From a virus, in IMG/VR virus record IMGVR_UViG_3300045988_023906: a stretch of 64,000 nt of DNA. One strand, given 5' to 3'. The notes beneath the pieces were generated by a model. That model was not told where the DNA came from and did not search any database. It worked only from the letters and a program-made list of their open reading frames with translations. Below are positions 9,004 through 17,151 of the stretch, piece by piece. Within the stretch, counting starts at the first letter, position 1. Every line of letters begins with the position of its first letter. The position numbers and the translations under genes are program-made.

Positions 9004-9384
9004 ATGATTGACCTAGGTATATTAATTACTGGAGGAGTAGGGATAATAACCACAGTAATCAGTGGTTGGACTTCTTGGTTCTTTGCAAGAAGAAAGTATA
9101 ATAGTGAGGTAGATAATAACCTCATAGAGAACATGCAGCAGTCTTTGGAGTTTTATAAGAAGTTGTCTGATGACAACAAAAACAGACTTGACGAGGTTCT
9201 TAAAAGAAATGCAGAGCTGGAACAGGAGATAAAGGATTTAAGGAAGCAGATGTTCAGTCTCATGAACTCCATCTGTACTGACCTTACTTGTCAGTTGAGA
9301 AAAAGAAACTTGAATTTATTTAATGAGCAAAATGGAACTGATAGTAGACAGGAAATGGAAGAAACAGAGTTACACGATAAGTAA
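9004..9384 (+). CDS. single-pass membrane protein with coiled-coil (holin/spanin candidate)
   Basis: N-terminal TM GILITGGVGIITTVISGWTSWFFA, then RRKY and a charged helical segment (LDEVLKRNAELEQEIKDLRKQ). Confidence 0.4.
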   Translation: MIDLGILITGGVGIITTVISGWTSWFFARRKYNSEVDNNLIENMQQSLEFYKKLSDDNKNRLDEVLKRNAELEQEIKDLRKQMFSLMNSICTDLTCQLRKRNLNLFNEQNGTDSRQEMEETELHDK

Positions 9385-9796
9385 CCTCCTTGTAGATGGG
9401 AAGTGGTTCTGTAATGTACTTGAAGATACTGATAGAGGATTAGATGACAGCATGAGTGTCGCTAAAATCAAATCCTTAAAGAAATCAGGCATTACAGCAA
9501 TCCCTAGCGGAACTTATGATGTAACTTTAGATGTATATAGCCCTAAGTTTGAGTCTAAATCTTTCTACAAAGAAACATGCAATGGCAAATTGCCCAGACT
9601 TCTTAATGTAAAGGGGTTTGATGGTATCCTTATACATGCAGGTAATACAGATAAGGATACTTCAGGATGTCTCTTGGTAGGTGTAAACTCTGAAGTTGGT
9701 AAGGTTCTGAATAGTCGGGATACATTCAGGAAGCTATATAAGCTACTTCAAGAGGGCAAGAATAGAGGTGAGAAAATAACCATAAAAATTCTATGA
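9323..9796 (+). CDS. DUF5675-like protein with a YkuD-like H...GC motif (possible cell-wall-active enzyme)
   Basis: GTYDVTLDVYSPKF....LPRLLNVKGFDGILIHAGNTDKDTSGCLLVG resembles, from memory, the Bacteroidota/phage DUF5675 family. The start is uncertain (9323 or 9332) and overlaps the previous gene. Confidence 0.4.
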   Translation: MSKMELIVDRKWKKQSYTISNLLVDGKWFCNVLEDTDRGLDDSMSVAKIKSLKKSGITAIPSGTYDVTLDVYSPKFESKSFYKETCNGKLPRLLNVKGFDGILIHAGNTDKDTSGCLLVGVNSEVGKVLNSRDTFRKLYKLLQEGKNRGEKITIKIL

Positions 9797-9847
9797 TATG
9801 GCAAAGAAGTGTGGTTGCAAAGGAAAAGGTAAGAACAATAGAGGTAA

Positions 9848-10108
9848 ATGATTATGGATGCAAGAATAGTTTCAAATCAAGTTATAAATAGCCTTCAAAT
9901 ATCTGTACTGAAGGAGGTGCCTTCAGGGAACTTCAATCCCGGAGTCAACTTCCTACTGAAGAATATATCTGATAATGATGTGGAGGTTACTATAATTCCA
10001 GCAGGACAAAAGGATAGCATAAAGACTATTCTAGGTGTTGGATGGAATCCAGAGATATGTAAAGGTGTTATAAATGCCCCTTCAGGAGTTCTTCAATATG
10101 GATATTAA
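9848..10108 (+). CDS. hypothetical small protein
   Basis: 86-aa ORF directly upstream of the DGR target fibre. No motif recognised. Confidence 0.4.
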   Translation: MIMDARIVSNQVINSLQISVLKEVPSGNFNPGVNFLLKNISDNDVEVTIIPAGQKDSIKTILGVGWNPEICKGVINAPSGVLQYGY

Positions 10109-10111
10109 GAT

Positions 10112-12208
10112 ATGGCAACAGCAATTATAGGTACATTAAAGCATCTTCCTAAGGCATCAATACTGCCTACTTTACCAGAGACAGGTAGACCTAACAGGAT
10201 ATATTTTATCCCCAATGAAGACCCTACAGAAGATAATAGGTATAATGAATATCTATGGGTAAAGGATGAGACTTATCCTGATGGCCATTGGGAGCTTGTT
10301 GGTCCTGCCACAATAGACCTGACTGATTATGCCACTAAGGAAGAGGTAAGTGATTTGGAAGACTCCATAGGTGAGCAAATAAAGAAGTATTTGCCCTTAT
10401 CAGGAGGTACAATGGATAAGGGCAGCAACATATCCTTCCCATCAGATAGTGGGAGTACTGTGTATAATGGTTCTGGAATATCAGTGGGTGGCAAAGCCAG
10501 TACTGACATCCTACATGCAGCAGGAGGCACTACTAAAATCAAGACCTTGAATGGAGAATCTATGTTAGGAGAAGGTAATATTGTAATAGACCCTTCAAGT
10601 GTTCCAGTATCTTTAAGCTGGTATAATAGGACTAGCAGTCAGCAGGATGCCACAATAAACCTGACAATTGGAGATACCACAGTAAACCTATTCCCTAATA
10701 TATTCAAATTATTTAAGGCTGGTAAAGTTTCCACTTCCGAGTCCCTTAGTATAGAACTTACTGCTAATCCTGGGGTAAGTGGGACACCACAAGTTCCTAC
10801 CTCATTATGCCAGTGGAGCATACCTTTGGCTGACAGTAATACCGCAGGTATTATATCAAGTGAGGATAAGGCTAAGTTAGATAACCTATCTGACCCAAAG
10901 AATTTGCTAGCTTATGGTGTGGAATGGGATTCTACCAACAGTAGCCCTGTACTTACTAGAATAGGTAACATGAGCCTGCATAAGTCTCTCCCAATACAAT
11001 CAGCATTAAGAGGATGTGTATGCCAAGGTAAAAGGATAATGTATTATTTGGACCCAAATGACTGGTCTAAGAAAGCAGATGGTACAGATTCCAGATTGGA
11101 TGGATATGATGGTACTGTACAGGTAGAAGTACCTGAATTTTATTTGTGGTCTGAAACGGAAGGAACCAAATCCAGAGTATATGTGTCTACCCAAAAAGTA
11201 GTTTCTTATGCTATAAGGATTCCTCATATGTTGGTAGATGCTTATAGGAGTACTGTACTTAATGAAGTGCCTGAGGATATGGGCTATTTATCTACACTTC
11301 AAGTAAATAGTGCTATTTCAGTTGTAAATACCTCTTCTTATTGTAGAGGAGGAAATAATAGCTCTAGCAGTGATACCTACTTGGAATCGGATAAATTCAG
11401 GACTAGTTTAGGAAAACCTAGAACAAACACTAGTAGGGCAAACTTCAGAACTTATGCCAAAAATGCTGGCAAGATGTTGCTTACTTATGAGTACTACAAA
11501 TCAATATTCTATTGGTTGTATGTTATAGAATATGCAAACTTCAATAGTCAGGCAAACTATGTTGAAGATTTGACTGAAGATGGATATAGACAGGGAGGGC
11601 TTGGCAATGGAGTTACTACTTGGAGTGATGCTGTTTGGAATACTTATAATGGCAGATGCCCAATAACTCCATGTGGGTATTGTAATGAGTTTGGTAACTT
11701 TACTGGAATTAAGGACTTGGTAATTCCTGCTTCAGATGGTATCAGTACCGTAACTTTCAAAGTACCAAGGTGGAGAGGATTTGATAATGTGTTTGGAGAT
11801 ATTTGGACTAATCTGGATGGTATCCTAATAGATACTTCTGTCAGTGCCAGTAAGTCCACACCAAACTATGTGTATATTATAAATGACCCTGATAAGTTCA
11901 CTGATACTTTGTCAGATGCACCTACCAATGCGGATAGAGTAGTAGTATCAGGACATACAGGAGGGTATATTACAAAGTGGGCATTAGGGGAGTATGCAGA
12001 TATAATACCTGTTAGTGTTGGTGGTTCTGCAACTACTTATATGTGTGACTGTTACTGGGTAGATTCTGATAATACTCAGAATACACTACTGGTTGGTGGC
12101 CGGGCTCATTATGGTTCTAATGCTGGCTTGGCTTACTTCTTTTCTGCTCATGGTTCGGGTTATGTTTCTGCCCATGTCGGCTTTAGGTGCTTAACACTGA
12201 TAAGCTGA
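10112..12208 (+). CDS. receptor-binding tail fibre; DGR target protein with C-terminal variable region
   Basis: 698 aa. It has fibre-type motifs (NTAGIISSEDKAKLDNL). The last 36 codons form the VR of a VR/TR pair. The C-terminus ...YWVDSDNTQNTLLVGGRAHYGSNAGLAYFFSAHGSGYVSAHVGFRCL is compatible with a C-type-lectin/FGE-like DGR scaffold. Confidence 0.8.
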   Translation: MATAIIGTLKHLPKASILPTLPETGRPNRIYFIPNEDPTEDNRYNEYLWVKDETYPDGHWELVGPATIDLTDYATKEEVSDLEDSIGEQIKKYLPLSGGTMDKGSNISFPSDSGSTVYNGSGISVGGKASTDILHAAGGTTKIKTLNGESMLGEGNIVIDPSSVPVSLSWYNRTSSQQDATINLTIGDTTVNLFPNIFKLFKAGKVSTSESLSIELTANPGVSGTPQVPTSLCQWSIPLADSNTAGIISSEDKAKLDNLSDPKNLLAYGVEWDSTNSSPVLTRIGNMSLHKSLPIQSALRGCVCQGKRIMYYLDPNDWSKKADGTDSRLDGYDGTVQVEVPEFYLWSETEGTKSRVYVSTQKVVSYAIRIPHMLVDAYRSTVLNEVPEDMGYLSTLQVNSAISVVNTSSYCRGGNNSSSSDTYLESDKFRTSLGKPRTNTSRANFRTYAKNAGKMLLTYEYYKSIFYWLYVIEYANFNSQANYVEDLTEDGYRQGGLGNGVTTWSDAVWNTYNGRCPITPCGYCNEFGNFTGIKDLVIPASDGISTVTFKVPRWRGFDNVFGDIWTNLDGILIDTSVSASKSTPNYVYIINDPDKFTDTLSDAPTNADRVVVSGHTGGYITKWALGEYADIIPVSVGGSATTYMCDCYWVDSDNTQNTLLVGGRAHYGSNAGLAYFFSAHGSGYVSAHVGFRCLTLIS
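12084..12189 (+). other. DGR variable region (VR)
   Basis: 106-nt ungapped match to 12282-12387. All 26 mismatches fall at adenines of the downstream copy. Confidence 0.85.
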
Positions 12209-12281
12209 TTTGATAAAGAAAAGAAAATCATAGTTTTACTATGTAGGACATATATTATACGACTTGGTTAGTTCTAATTGT

Positions 12282-12387
12282 AAAAACTAGTTAGTAGCAA
12301 GGCTAATAATGGTTCTAATGCTAGCTTGGCTAACTTCAATTCTACTAATAGTTCAGGTAATGTTAATGCCAATATCAGCTTAAGGTA
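12282..12387 (+). other. DGR template region (TR)
   Basis: Non-coding copy of the VR located 198 nt downstream. It is A-rich (37 A in 106 nt). Read in the VR frame it has nine AAY codons and begins with a stop, so it is not a coding duplicate. Confidence 0.85.
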
Positions 12388-12513
12388 TTTTTTTTTTGTT
12401 TTCTCTTTAAATTTTATATGTGATATATGTTCCTTGCCTCTAGGCAAAAGATAAATAGTTTAAAAAGTACTAGTAAGAGTTGCTGAAAGTGCTTAATATG
12501 AAACACCTAAATT

Positions 12514-12930
12514 ATGGTTAAAAGAAAAGGAAATTTGATTTTATCCCTATGCAGGATGGATAATATTCTCTTGGCAGATACAAATGCTAGGAAAGCTAAA
12601 AGGAGGAGTAGAAGATTTATAGAAAAACATGATAAGAATATTATAGAAGAGGATAGAAACTACCCTAGAAGGCATGAAGATGATGGTTTCATGGATGTGT
12701 TTGATTCTAGAAGCAATAGGTTTGGTGACAGGTTCAGAGACTCTGGCATGAGAGGAAATGACATGGACAGAATAATAAAGTACATGAGACATTCCATGAA
12801 TGATGGAGAACACTTTACTGAATCTGAAGCTATGGATTTGGTATCTAATATGAGGGTGGCAGAAAGTATAGTGGAGAAAAGTTTGATATACATAAGGCAA
12901 AGGAAATTTGTGAAAGGTATAGAGGAGTGA
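12514..12930 (+). CDS. 138-aa ORF; first ~45 aa resemble the N-terminus of DGR-type reverse transcriptases (probable RT remnant)
   Basis: VKRKGNLILSLCRMDNILLADTNARKAKRRSRRFIEKHDKNIIEE fits the KR..NL...I...NLL.A...ARKGKR pattern of DGR RT N-termini, recalled from memory. The remaining ~90 aa show no RT motifs. An antisense ORF (12547..12945) is equally open. Confidence 0.4.
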   Translation: MVKRKGNLILSLCRMDNILLADTNARKAKRRSRRFIEKHDKNIIEEDRNYPRRHEDDGFMDVFDSRSNRFGDRFRDSGMRGNDMDRIIKYMRHSMNDGEHFTESEAMDLVSNMRVAESIVEKSLIYIRQRKFVKGIEE

Positions 12931-13124
12931 TTCCTGTGTCTGCAACTCCTACTGATGTGTATGTGGCAATCAACTCACAGTATCATGATTATGTTGAGCT
13001 GTTTAAGAGTTGGTTTGGTGATAATGTAGACCAAAAGATAATAGAATCTGCTATTATATTCTGGTTCAAAGATGTGGATTGCAAAGCCGAAAACAAGGTA
13101 GTAGAATATCTTGGAGAATACTAA
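12927..13124 (+). CDS. hypothetical small protein
   Basis: 65-aa ORF overlapping the previous stop and followed by a strong terminator. Confidence 0.35.
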   Translation: MIPVSATPTDVYVAINSQYHDYVELFKSWFGDNVDQKIIESAIIFWFKDVDCKAENKVVEYLGEY

Positions 13125-13130
13125 TAAGAT

Positions 13131-13163
13131 AAGGGTAAGAGGTAATCTTACCCTTTCTTTTTG
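13131..13163 (+). terminator. intrinsic terminator
   Basis: aagggtaaga-ggtaa-tcttaccctt gives a 10-bp perfect stem, followed by tctttttg. Confidence 0.75.
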
Positions 13164-13215
13164 TCCATATTGCAAGTATTTTTATATGCTACTAATAAGT
13201 GTTTTATTTACTATC

Positions 13216-13248
13216 TTGCAGATATGCAAAACTTTACTTACCTTTGCA
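13216..13248 (+). promoter_or_regulatory. Bacteroidota-type promoter (CTTG-N20-TACCTTTGCA)
   Basis: TTG at 13216-18 and TACCTTTG at 13239-46. The 18-nt block ACTTTACTTACCTTTGCA is nearly identical to 27285-27302. It lies 32 nt upstream of ATG 13278. Confidence 0.65.
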
Positions 13249-13277
13249 CTGTTTTAAGAACAAAAAGGTAGAAGAGT

Positions 13278-14444
13278 ATGGAAGAAGAACTTAGCTTAGA
13301 TAACATCTTAGGAGCAGAGGAGATTGAGAATCTGTTTGTAGAAGATGAGGATACACAGGATACCCCACCTGCAAATGGGGAGCCTCCTAAGAAAGAGGAG
13401 GAGCCAAATAAGGATAAAGAAGAAACTACTGAGGTTGTTGATGTAGATAACTTATTTACTGATACACCAGAGAGCGTAGGTAGTGGAAAAGAAAATACAG
13501 AGGAAAAGGAAGATACCACTCCTAAAGGGGATGGCACTTCTCCCAAAAACTTCTACTCTTCCATTGCCAAAGCCTTGAAAGAGGAAGGTATCTTCCCAGC
13601 CCTTGATGATGAGGGCTTATCTAAGGTTAAAGACCCTGAAGACTTTAGAGATTTAATTGACCAACAGATAAAGGCAGGTCTTGATGAAAGACAGAGAAGA
13701 ATTGATGAAGCCTTGAATGCTGGAGTTGAACCTACAGAGATTAGAAAGTATGAGAATACTATAAACTTCCTTGATTCTATTAAGGAAGAGAATATCTCTG
13801 ATGAAGGTGATAAGGGAGAAAAACTTAGAAAAGACCTGATTTATCAAGACTTTATCAATAGAGGTTATAGTAAGGAAAGAGCTGCAAGAGAAGTGCAAAA
13901 GTCTTTCAATGCTGGTACTGATATTGATGATGCAAAAGAGGCTTTGAAAAGTAATATTGACTTCTTCAAAGATAAGTATGATGAGCTTGTCAATGAGGCT
14001 AAGTCAGAAGCAGAACAGGAAGAGAAAGAAAGAAAGAAACAGGCTGAAAAGCTTAAATTATCAATCCTTAATGACAAGGATGTGTTTGGGGATTTATCAA
14101 TAGATAAATCAACAAGACAGAAGGTTTATGATAACATAGCTAAGCCTGTGTATAAAGACCCAGAGACAGGAGAGTACTTTACTGCTATCCAAAAATATGA
14201 GATGGAGAACAGAACAGACTTCCTAAAGAACATTGGGTTACTTTTCACACTAACTGATGGCTTTAAGAACCTTGATGGTTTGGTGAAAGGTAAAGTAAAG
14301 AAAGAAGTAAAGAAAGGTCTTAGAGAGCTGGAACATACTCTCAACAACACAGCAAGAACCTCAGATGGTAATCTAAAGTTTGTCAGTGGAGTTGATGAGG
14401 ACCCTGAATCTTTCATAGGAAAAGGGTGGAATCTTGATGTCTAA
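13278..14444 (+). CDS. scaffolding-like protein (acidic, coiled-coil)
   Basis: 388 aa, very D/E/K-rich with predicted long helices. It sits immediately upstream of the major capsid gene behind its own promoter. Confidence 0.45.
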   Translation: MEEELSLDNILGAEEIENLFVEDEDTQDTPPANGEPPKKEEEPNKDKEETTEVVDVDNLFTDTPESVGSGKENTEEKEDTTPKGDGTSPKNFYSSIAKALKEEGIFPALDDEGLSKVKDPEDFRDLIDQQIKAGLDERQRRIDEALNAGVEPTEIRKYENTINFLDSIKEENISDEGDKGEKLRKDLIYQDFINRGYSKERAAREVQKSFNAGTDIDDAKEALKSNIDFFKDKYDELVNEAKSEAEQEEKERKKQAEKLKLSILNDKDVFGDLSIDKSTRQKVYDNIAKPVYKDPETGEYFTAIQKYEMENRTDFLKNIGLLFTLTDGFKNLDGLVKGKVKKEVKKGLRELEHTLNNTARTSDGNLKFVSGVDEDPESFIGKGWNLDV

Positions 14445-14531
14445 GCTATGTTTAAGTCTGGTATTTACTTATGGAGAAATAAAATTACTAATGGTTTTAT
14501 AAAAATAATTTATAATTTTTAATATTTTTTG

Positions 14532-16046
14532 ATGATGGCTGGAAAATTAGGTAAGTTTCAAATGGTAGGCTTCCAACACTGGAAGGGCCTTACTAAGGAA
14601 AACCACCTTGGTTCTATCTTTCAGTTAGCTCCACAGAAGGCTACAAACCTAATGGTACAACTGCTGGCCTTCTATAGAGGAAAGACACTTGACACATTCC
14701 TAAATCAATTCCCAACAAGAGAGTTTGAGGATGATAATGAATACTACTGGGATGTTATTGGTTCTTCAAGGAGAAACATTCCTCTTGTAGAGGCAAGAGA
14801 TGAAAATGGTACTGTTGTTACAGATGCCAGTGGTATGATTGGAGTAGGCACTGCTCCCTTCTATTTGGTATTCCCTGAGGATTGGTTTGCTGATGGTGAA
14901 TACATTGTAGGTAATCTGAATGAAATCTATCAGTTCAGAATACTTGGAGACCCAAGAATGGAGGGTACTAATGCAGTGTATAAGGTAGAGCTTGCTGGTG
15001 GTAACACAGCAGGTGTTCCTGCTGAAAGATTGCTTGCAGGTGAGAGATTCTCAGTTGAAGCTGCATTTGTTGAGAAGGAACTTTCAAGAAAGGTTGGTGA
15101 TGTAAGATTTACAAGCCCTGTTTCTATGAGAAATGAGTGGTCTGTAGTAAGAATCCAACACAAGGTTCCAGGTTCTATGTTGAACAAGAAGCTGGCTGTA
15201 GGTATTCCTATTGTTAAGGAAACTGAGGGTAGATATACTAAGTCAGTTGCTACAATGTGGATGCACAATGTAGATTGGGAAGTAGAACAGCAATTCTCTG
15301 AGTACAAGAACAATGCACTTGCATTTGGTAGAAGCAACAGAAATGCCAATGGTGAGTACATGAACTTTGGTAAGTCTGGTAATGTTATTAAGACAGGTGC
15401 TGCTCTGTTTGAGCAGATGGAAGTTGCTAATACTGTGTATTACAACACATTCAGCTTGAAGCTTCTTGAAGATGCTCTATATGAGCTTTCTGCTTCTAAG
15501 TTAGACTTTGGAGACAGATACTTCTTGATTAAGACTGGTGAGAGAGGTGCTATCCAATTCCACAAGGAAGTACTAAAGACAGTATCAGGTTGGACACAAT
15601 TTGTTCTTGACAACAGCTCTATTGGTGTTATTCAAAAGACTCAATCTAAGTTGCACCAAAACTCATTGAGTGCTGGTTTCCAATTTGTTGAGTATAAGGC
15701 TCCTAATGGTGTTAGAGTTAAGATTGATGTAGACCCATTCTATGATGACCCAGTAAGAAACAAGATACTTCATCCAAATGGAGGTGTTGCATTCTCTTAC
15801 AGATATGATATTATGTACATTGGTACTATGGACCAACCTAATATCTTTAAGTGTAAGATTAAGGGTGACAATGAGTACAGAGGTTATCAATGGGGTCTAA
15901 GAAACCCATTCACAGGTCAAAAGGGTAATCCTTACATGTCATTTGATGAGGATTCTGCTGTAATTCACAGAATGGCTACTCTTGGTATCTGTGTTCTTGA
16001 CCCAACAAGAACTATGTCACTAATCCCTGCAATTCTACAGGGCTAA
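14532..16046 (+). CDS. major capsid protein (crAss-like, HK97-fold class)
   Basis: About 504 aa from ATG 14532 (the track start 14529 is TTG). Size, position after the scaffold-like gene, the strong terminator downstream and my recollection of crAss-like MCP N-termini (..EFEDDNEYYWDV..) support the call. Confidence 0.75.
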   Translation: MMAGKLGKFQMVGFQHWKGLTKENHLGSIFQLAPQKATNLMVQLLAFYRGKTLDTFLNQFPTREFEDDNEYYWDVIGSSRRNIPLVEARDENGTVVTDASGMIGVGTAPFYLVFPEDWFADGEYIVGNLNEIYQFRILGDPRMEGTNAVYKVELAGGNTAGVPAERLLAGERFSVEAAFVEKELSRKVGDVRFTSPVSMRNEWSVVRIQHKVPGSMLNKKLAVGIPIVKETEGRYTKSVATMWMHNVDWEVEQQFSEYKNNALAFGRSNRNANGEYMNFGKSGNVIKTGAALFEQMEVANTVYYNTFSLKLLEDALYELSASKLDFGDRYFLIKTGERGAIQFHKEVLKTVSGWTQFVLDNSSIGVIQKTQSKLHQNSLSAGFQFVEYKAPNGVRVKIDVDPFYDDPVRNKILHPNGGVAFSYRYDIMYIGTMDQPNIFKCKIKGDNEYRGYQWGLRNPFTGQKGNPYMSFDEDSAVIHRMATLGICVLDPTRTMSLIPAILQG

Positions 16047-16052
16047 TGATAA

Positions 16053-16090
16053 AAGGGGAGGAAAGATAATCTTCTCTCCCCTTATTTTAT
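16053..16090 (+). terminator. intrinsic terminator after capsid gene
   Basis: aaggggag...ctcccctt stem with an internal bulge, followed by attttattt. Confidence 0.65.
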
Positions 16091-16112
16091 TTCAAAAAGT
16101 TAAGGAGAAGAT

Positions 16113-17135
16113 ATGACAGAAAAGAAAATGGAAGAGAAGGTGGATTATACTGTACCTGACTTTGATATAGACAATACAGAGACTCCACTTCAAGAAGTAC
16201 CAAAAGAAGAGGCTACTGTAAAAAGCCCTAAGAGGACACAAAAGAAAGTAGAGGTATCTGATGATGCCTTAGTCAGTTGTCTGAGAAATGAGAGAATTAT
16301 TGTAAGACATGTACCTAAGCTGACAGGTATGTGGGGTAATAACCCTAAGCATGTATTGTCGGGAGGTATGGCAGAAGGTGCAGTTAGAACATTTGTAGTA
16401 CCAAGATTATCTTCAGGTATGTTTGTTAATGTCCTTACAGACAAGGAAAAGGCATTTCTTGAGGAAATAATGGGTCTTGAATATAATGCACTAAGTATCT
16501 ATAAGAAGGTAGATAACTTCTGGGATGATTCCAATGAGAATGGTATCAATAAGGTAAGATTGACAAAGCAGGATAACTATTTCAATCTATCTGACCCAGA
16601 GGATTATATCAGATATAAGATACTATTAGCTAATAAGGATTATATTGCCTCTTCATTGCAGGTATTGCAAGACACTCCTAAGGCTACTTACCAGTTTGTT
16701 ATCATTTCTGAGGGTGAAGAGACTAAGGTTGCTAAGAATAATATGAGCACTACAATGATGTGCTATAAAGAGTTTGGTAAGATTGAGGATGATATTGATA
16801 CATTAAGAGTTATTGTTGAGACTATTGATGGTAGACCTACATCACAGACTGCTAAACTTGAGTTCTTGCAGACTAAGGTTAATAGCTTAATACAGGCTGA
16901 TAGCAAGATATTCCTGAAGGTTATCACTGACCCAATGTTGCCTACTAAGGTATTCATCAAGAAGAGTATAGAAGCAGGATTGATTTCAAATAGAGGGGGT
17001 TTCCTATACTTGAGAAGTGACAATACTCCACTATGTGAGGCTAATGAGGAACCTACATTGAATACAGCAGCCAAGTACCTGAACTCTCCAAAACATCAGG
17101 AAGTCAAGTTTTCCTTGGAGGCCAAGTTAAAATAA
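16113..17135 (+). CDS. conserved virion protein (possible auxiliary capsid/decoration protein)
   Basis: 340-aa ORF directly after the MCP, with AAGGAG 8 nt upstream of the ATG. The function is inferred from position only. Confidence 0.35.
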   Translation: MTEKKMEEKVDYTVPDFDIDNTETPLQEVPKEEATVKSPKRTQKKVEVSDDALVSCLRNERIIVRHVPKLTGMWGNNPKHVLSGGMAEGAVRTFVVPRLSSGMFVNVLTDKEKAFLEEIMGLEYNALSIYKKVDNFWDDSNENGINKVRLTKQDNYFNLSDPEDYIRYKILLANKDYIASSLQVLQDTPKATYQFVIISEGEETKVAKNNMSTTMMCYKEFGKIEDDIDTLRVIVETIDGRPTSQTAKLEFLQTKVNSLIQADSKIFLKVITDPMLPTKVFIKKSIEAGLISNRGGFLYLRSDNTPLCEANEEPTLNTAAKYLNSPKHQEVKFSLEAKLK

Positions 17136-17151
17136 AGAAGAATATAAGATT

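Larger units (their letters stand above)
12084..12930 (+). mobile_element. diversity-generating retroelement cassette (VR - TR - spacer - truncated RT-like ORF), apparently lacking a functional RT
   Basis: The order VR (12084-12189), TR (12282-12387), 126-nt spacer, then an ORF with an RT-like N-terminus matches DGR layout. No RT palm domain and no avd are present. Confidence 0.6.

Noticed and set aside
9798-9851. 17-aa basic mini-ORF MAKKCGCKGKGKNNRGK, ATGA-coupled to 9848..10108
   Set aside because: It is too short to support from sequence alone and may simply be spacer.
12209-12281. An avd-like accessory gene between VR and TR
   Set aside because: The gap is only 73 nt with no ORF. The nearby small ORFs (9848..10108, 12927..13124) do not look like four-helix-bundle basic Avd proteins.
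12547-12945. 132-aa minus-strand ORF antisense to the RT-like stub
   Set aside because: It is fully overlapped by the plus-strand ORF, has no recognisable motif, and is oriented against the whole operon. I treat it as a chance-open frame in AT-rich DNA, noted only as a hint of relaxed constraint.
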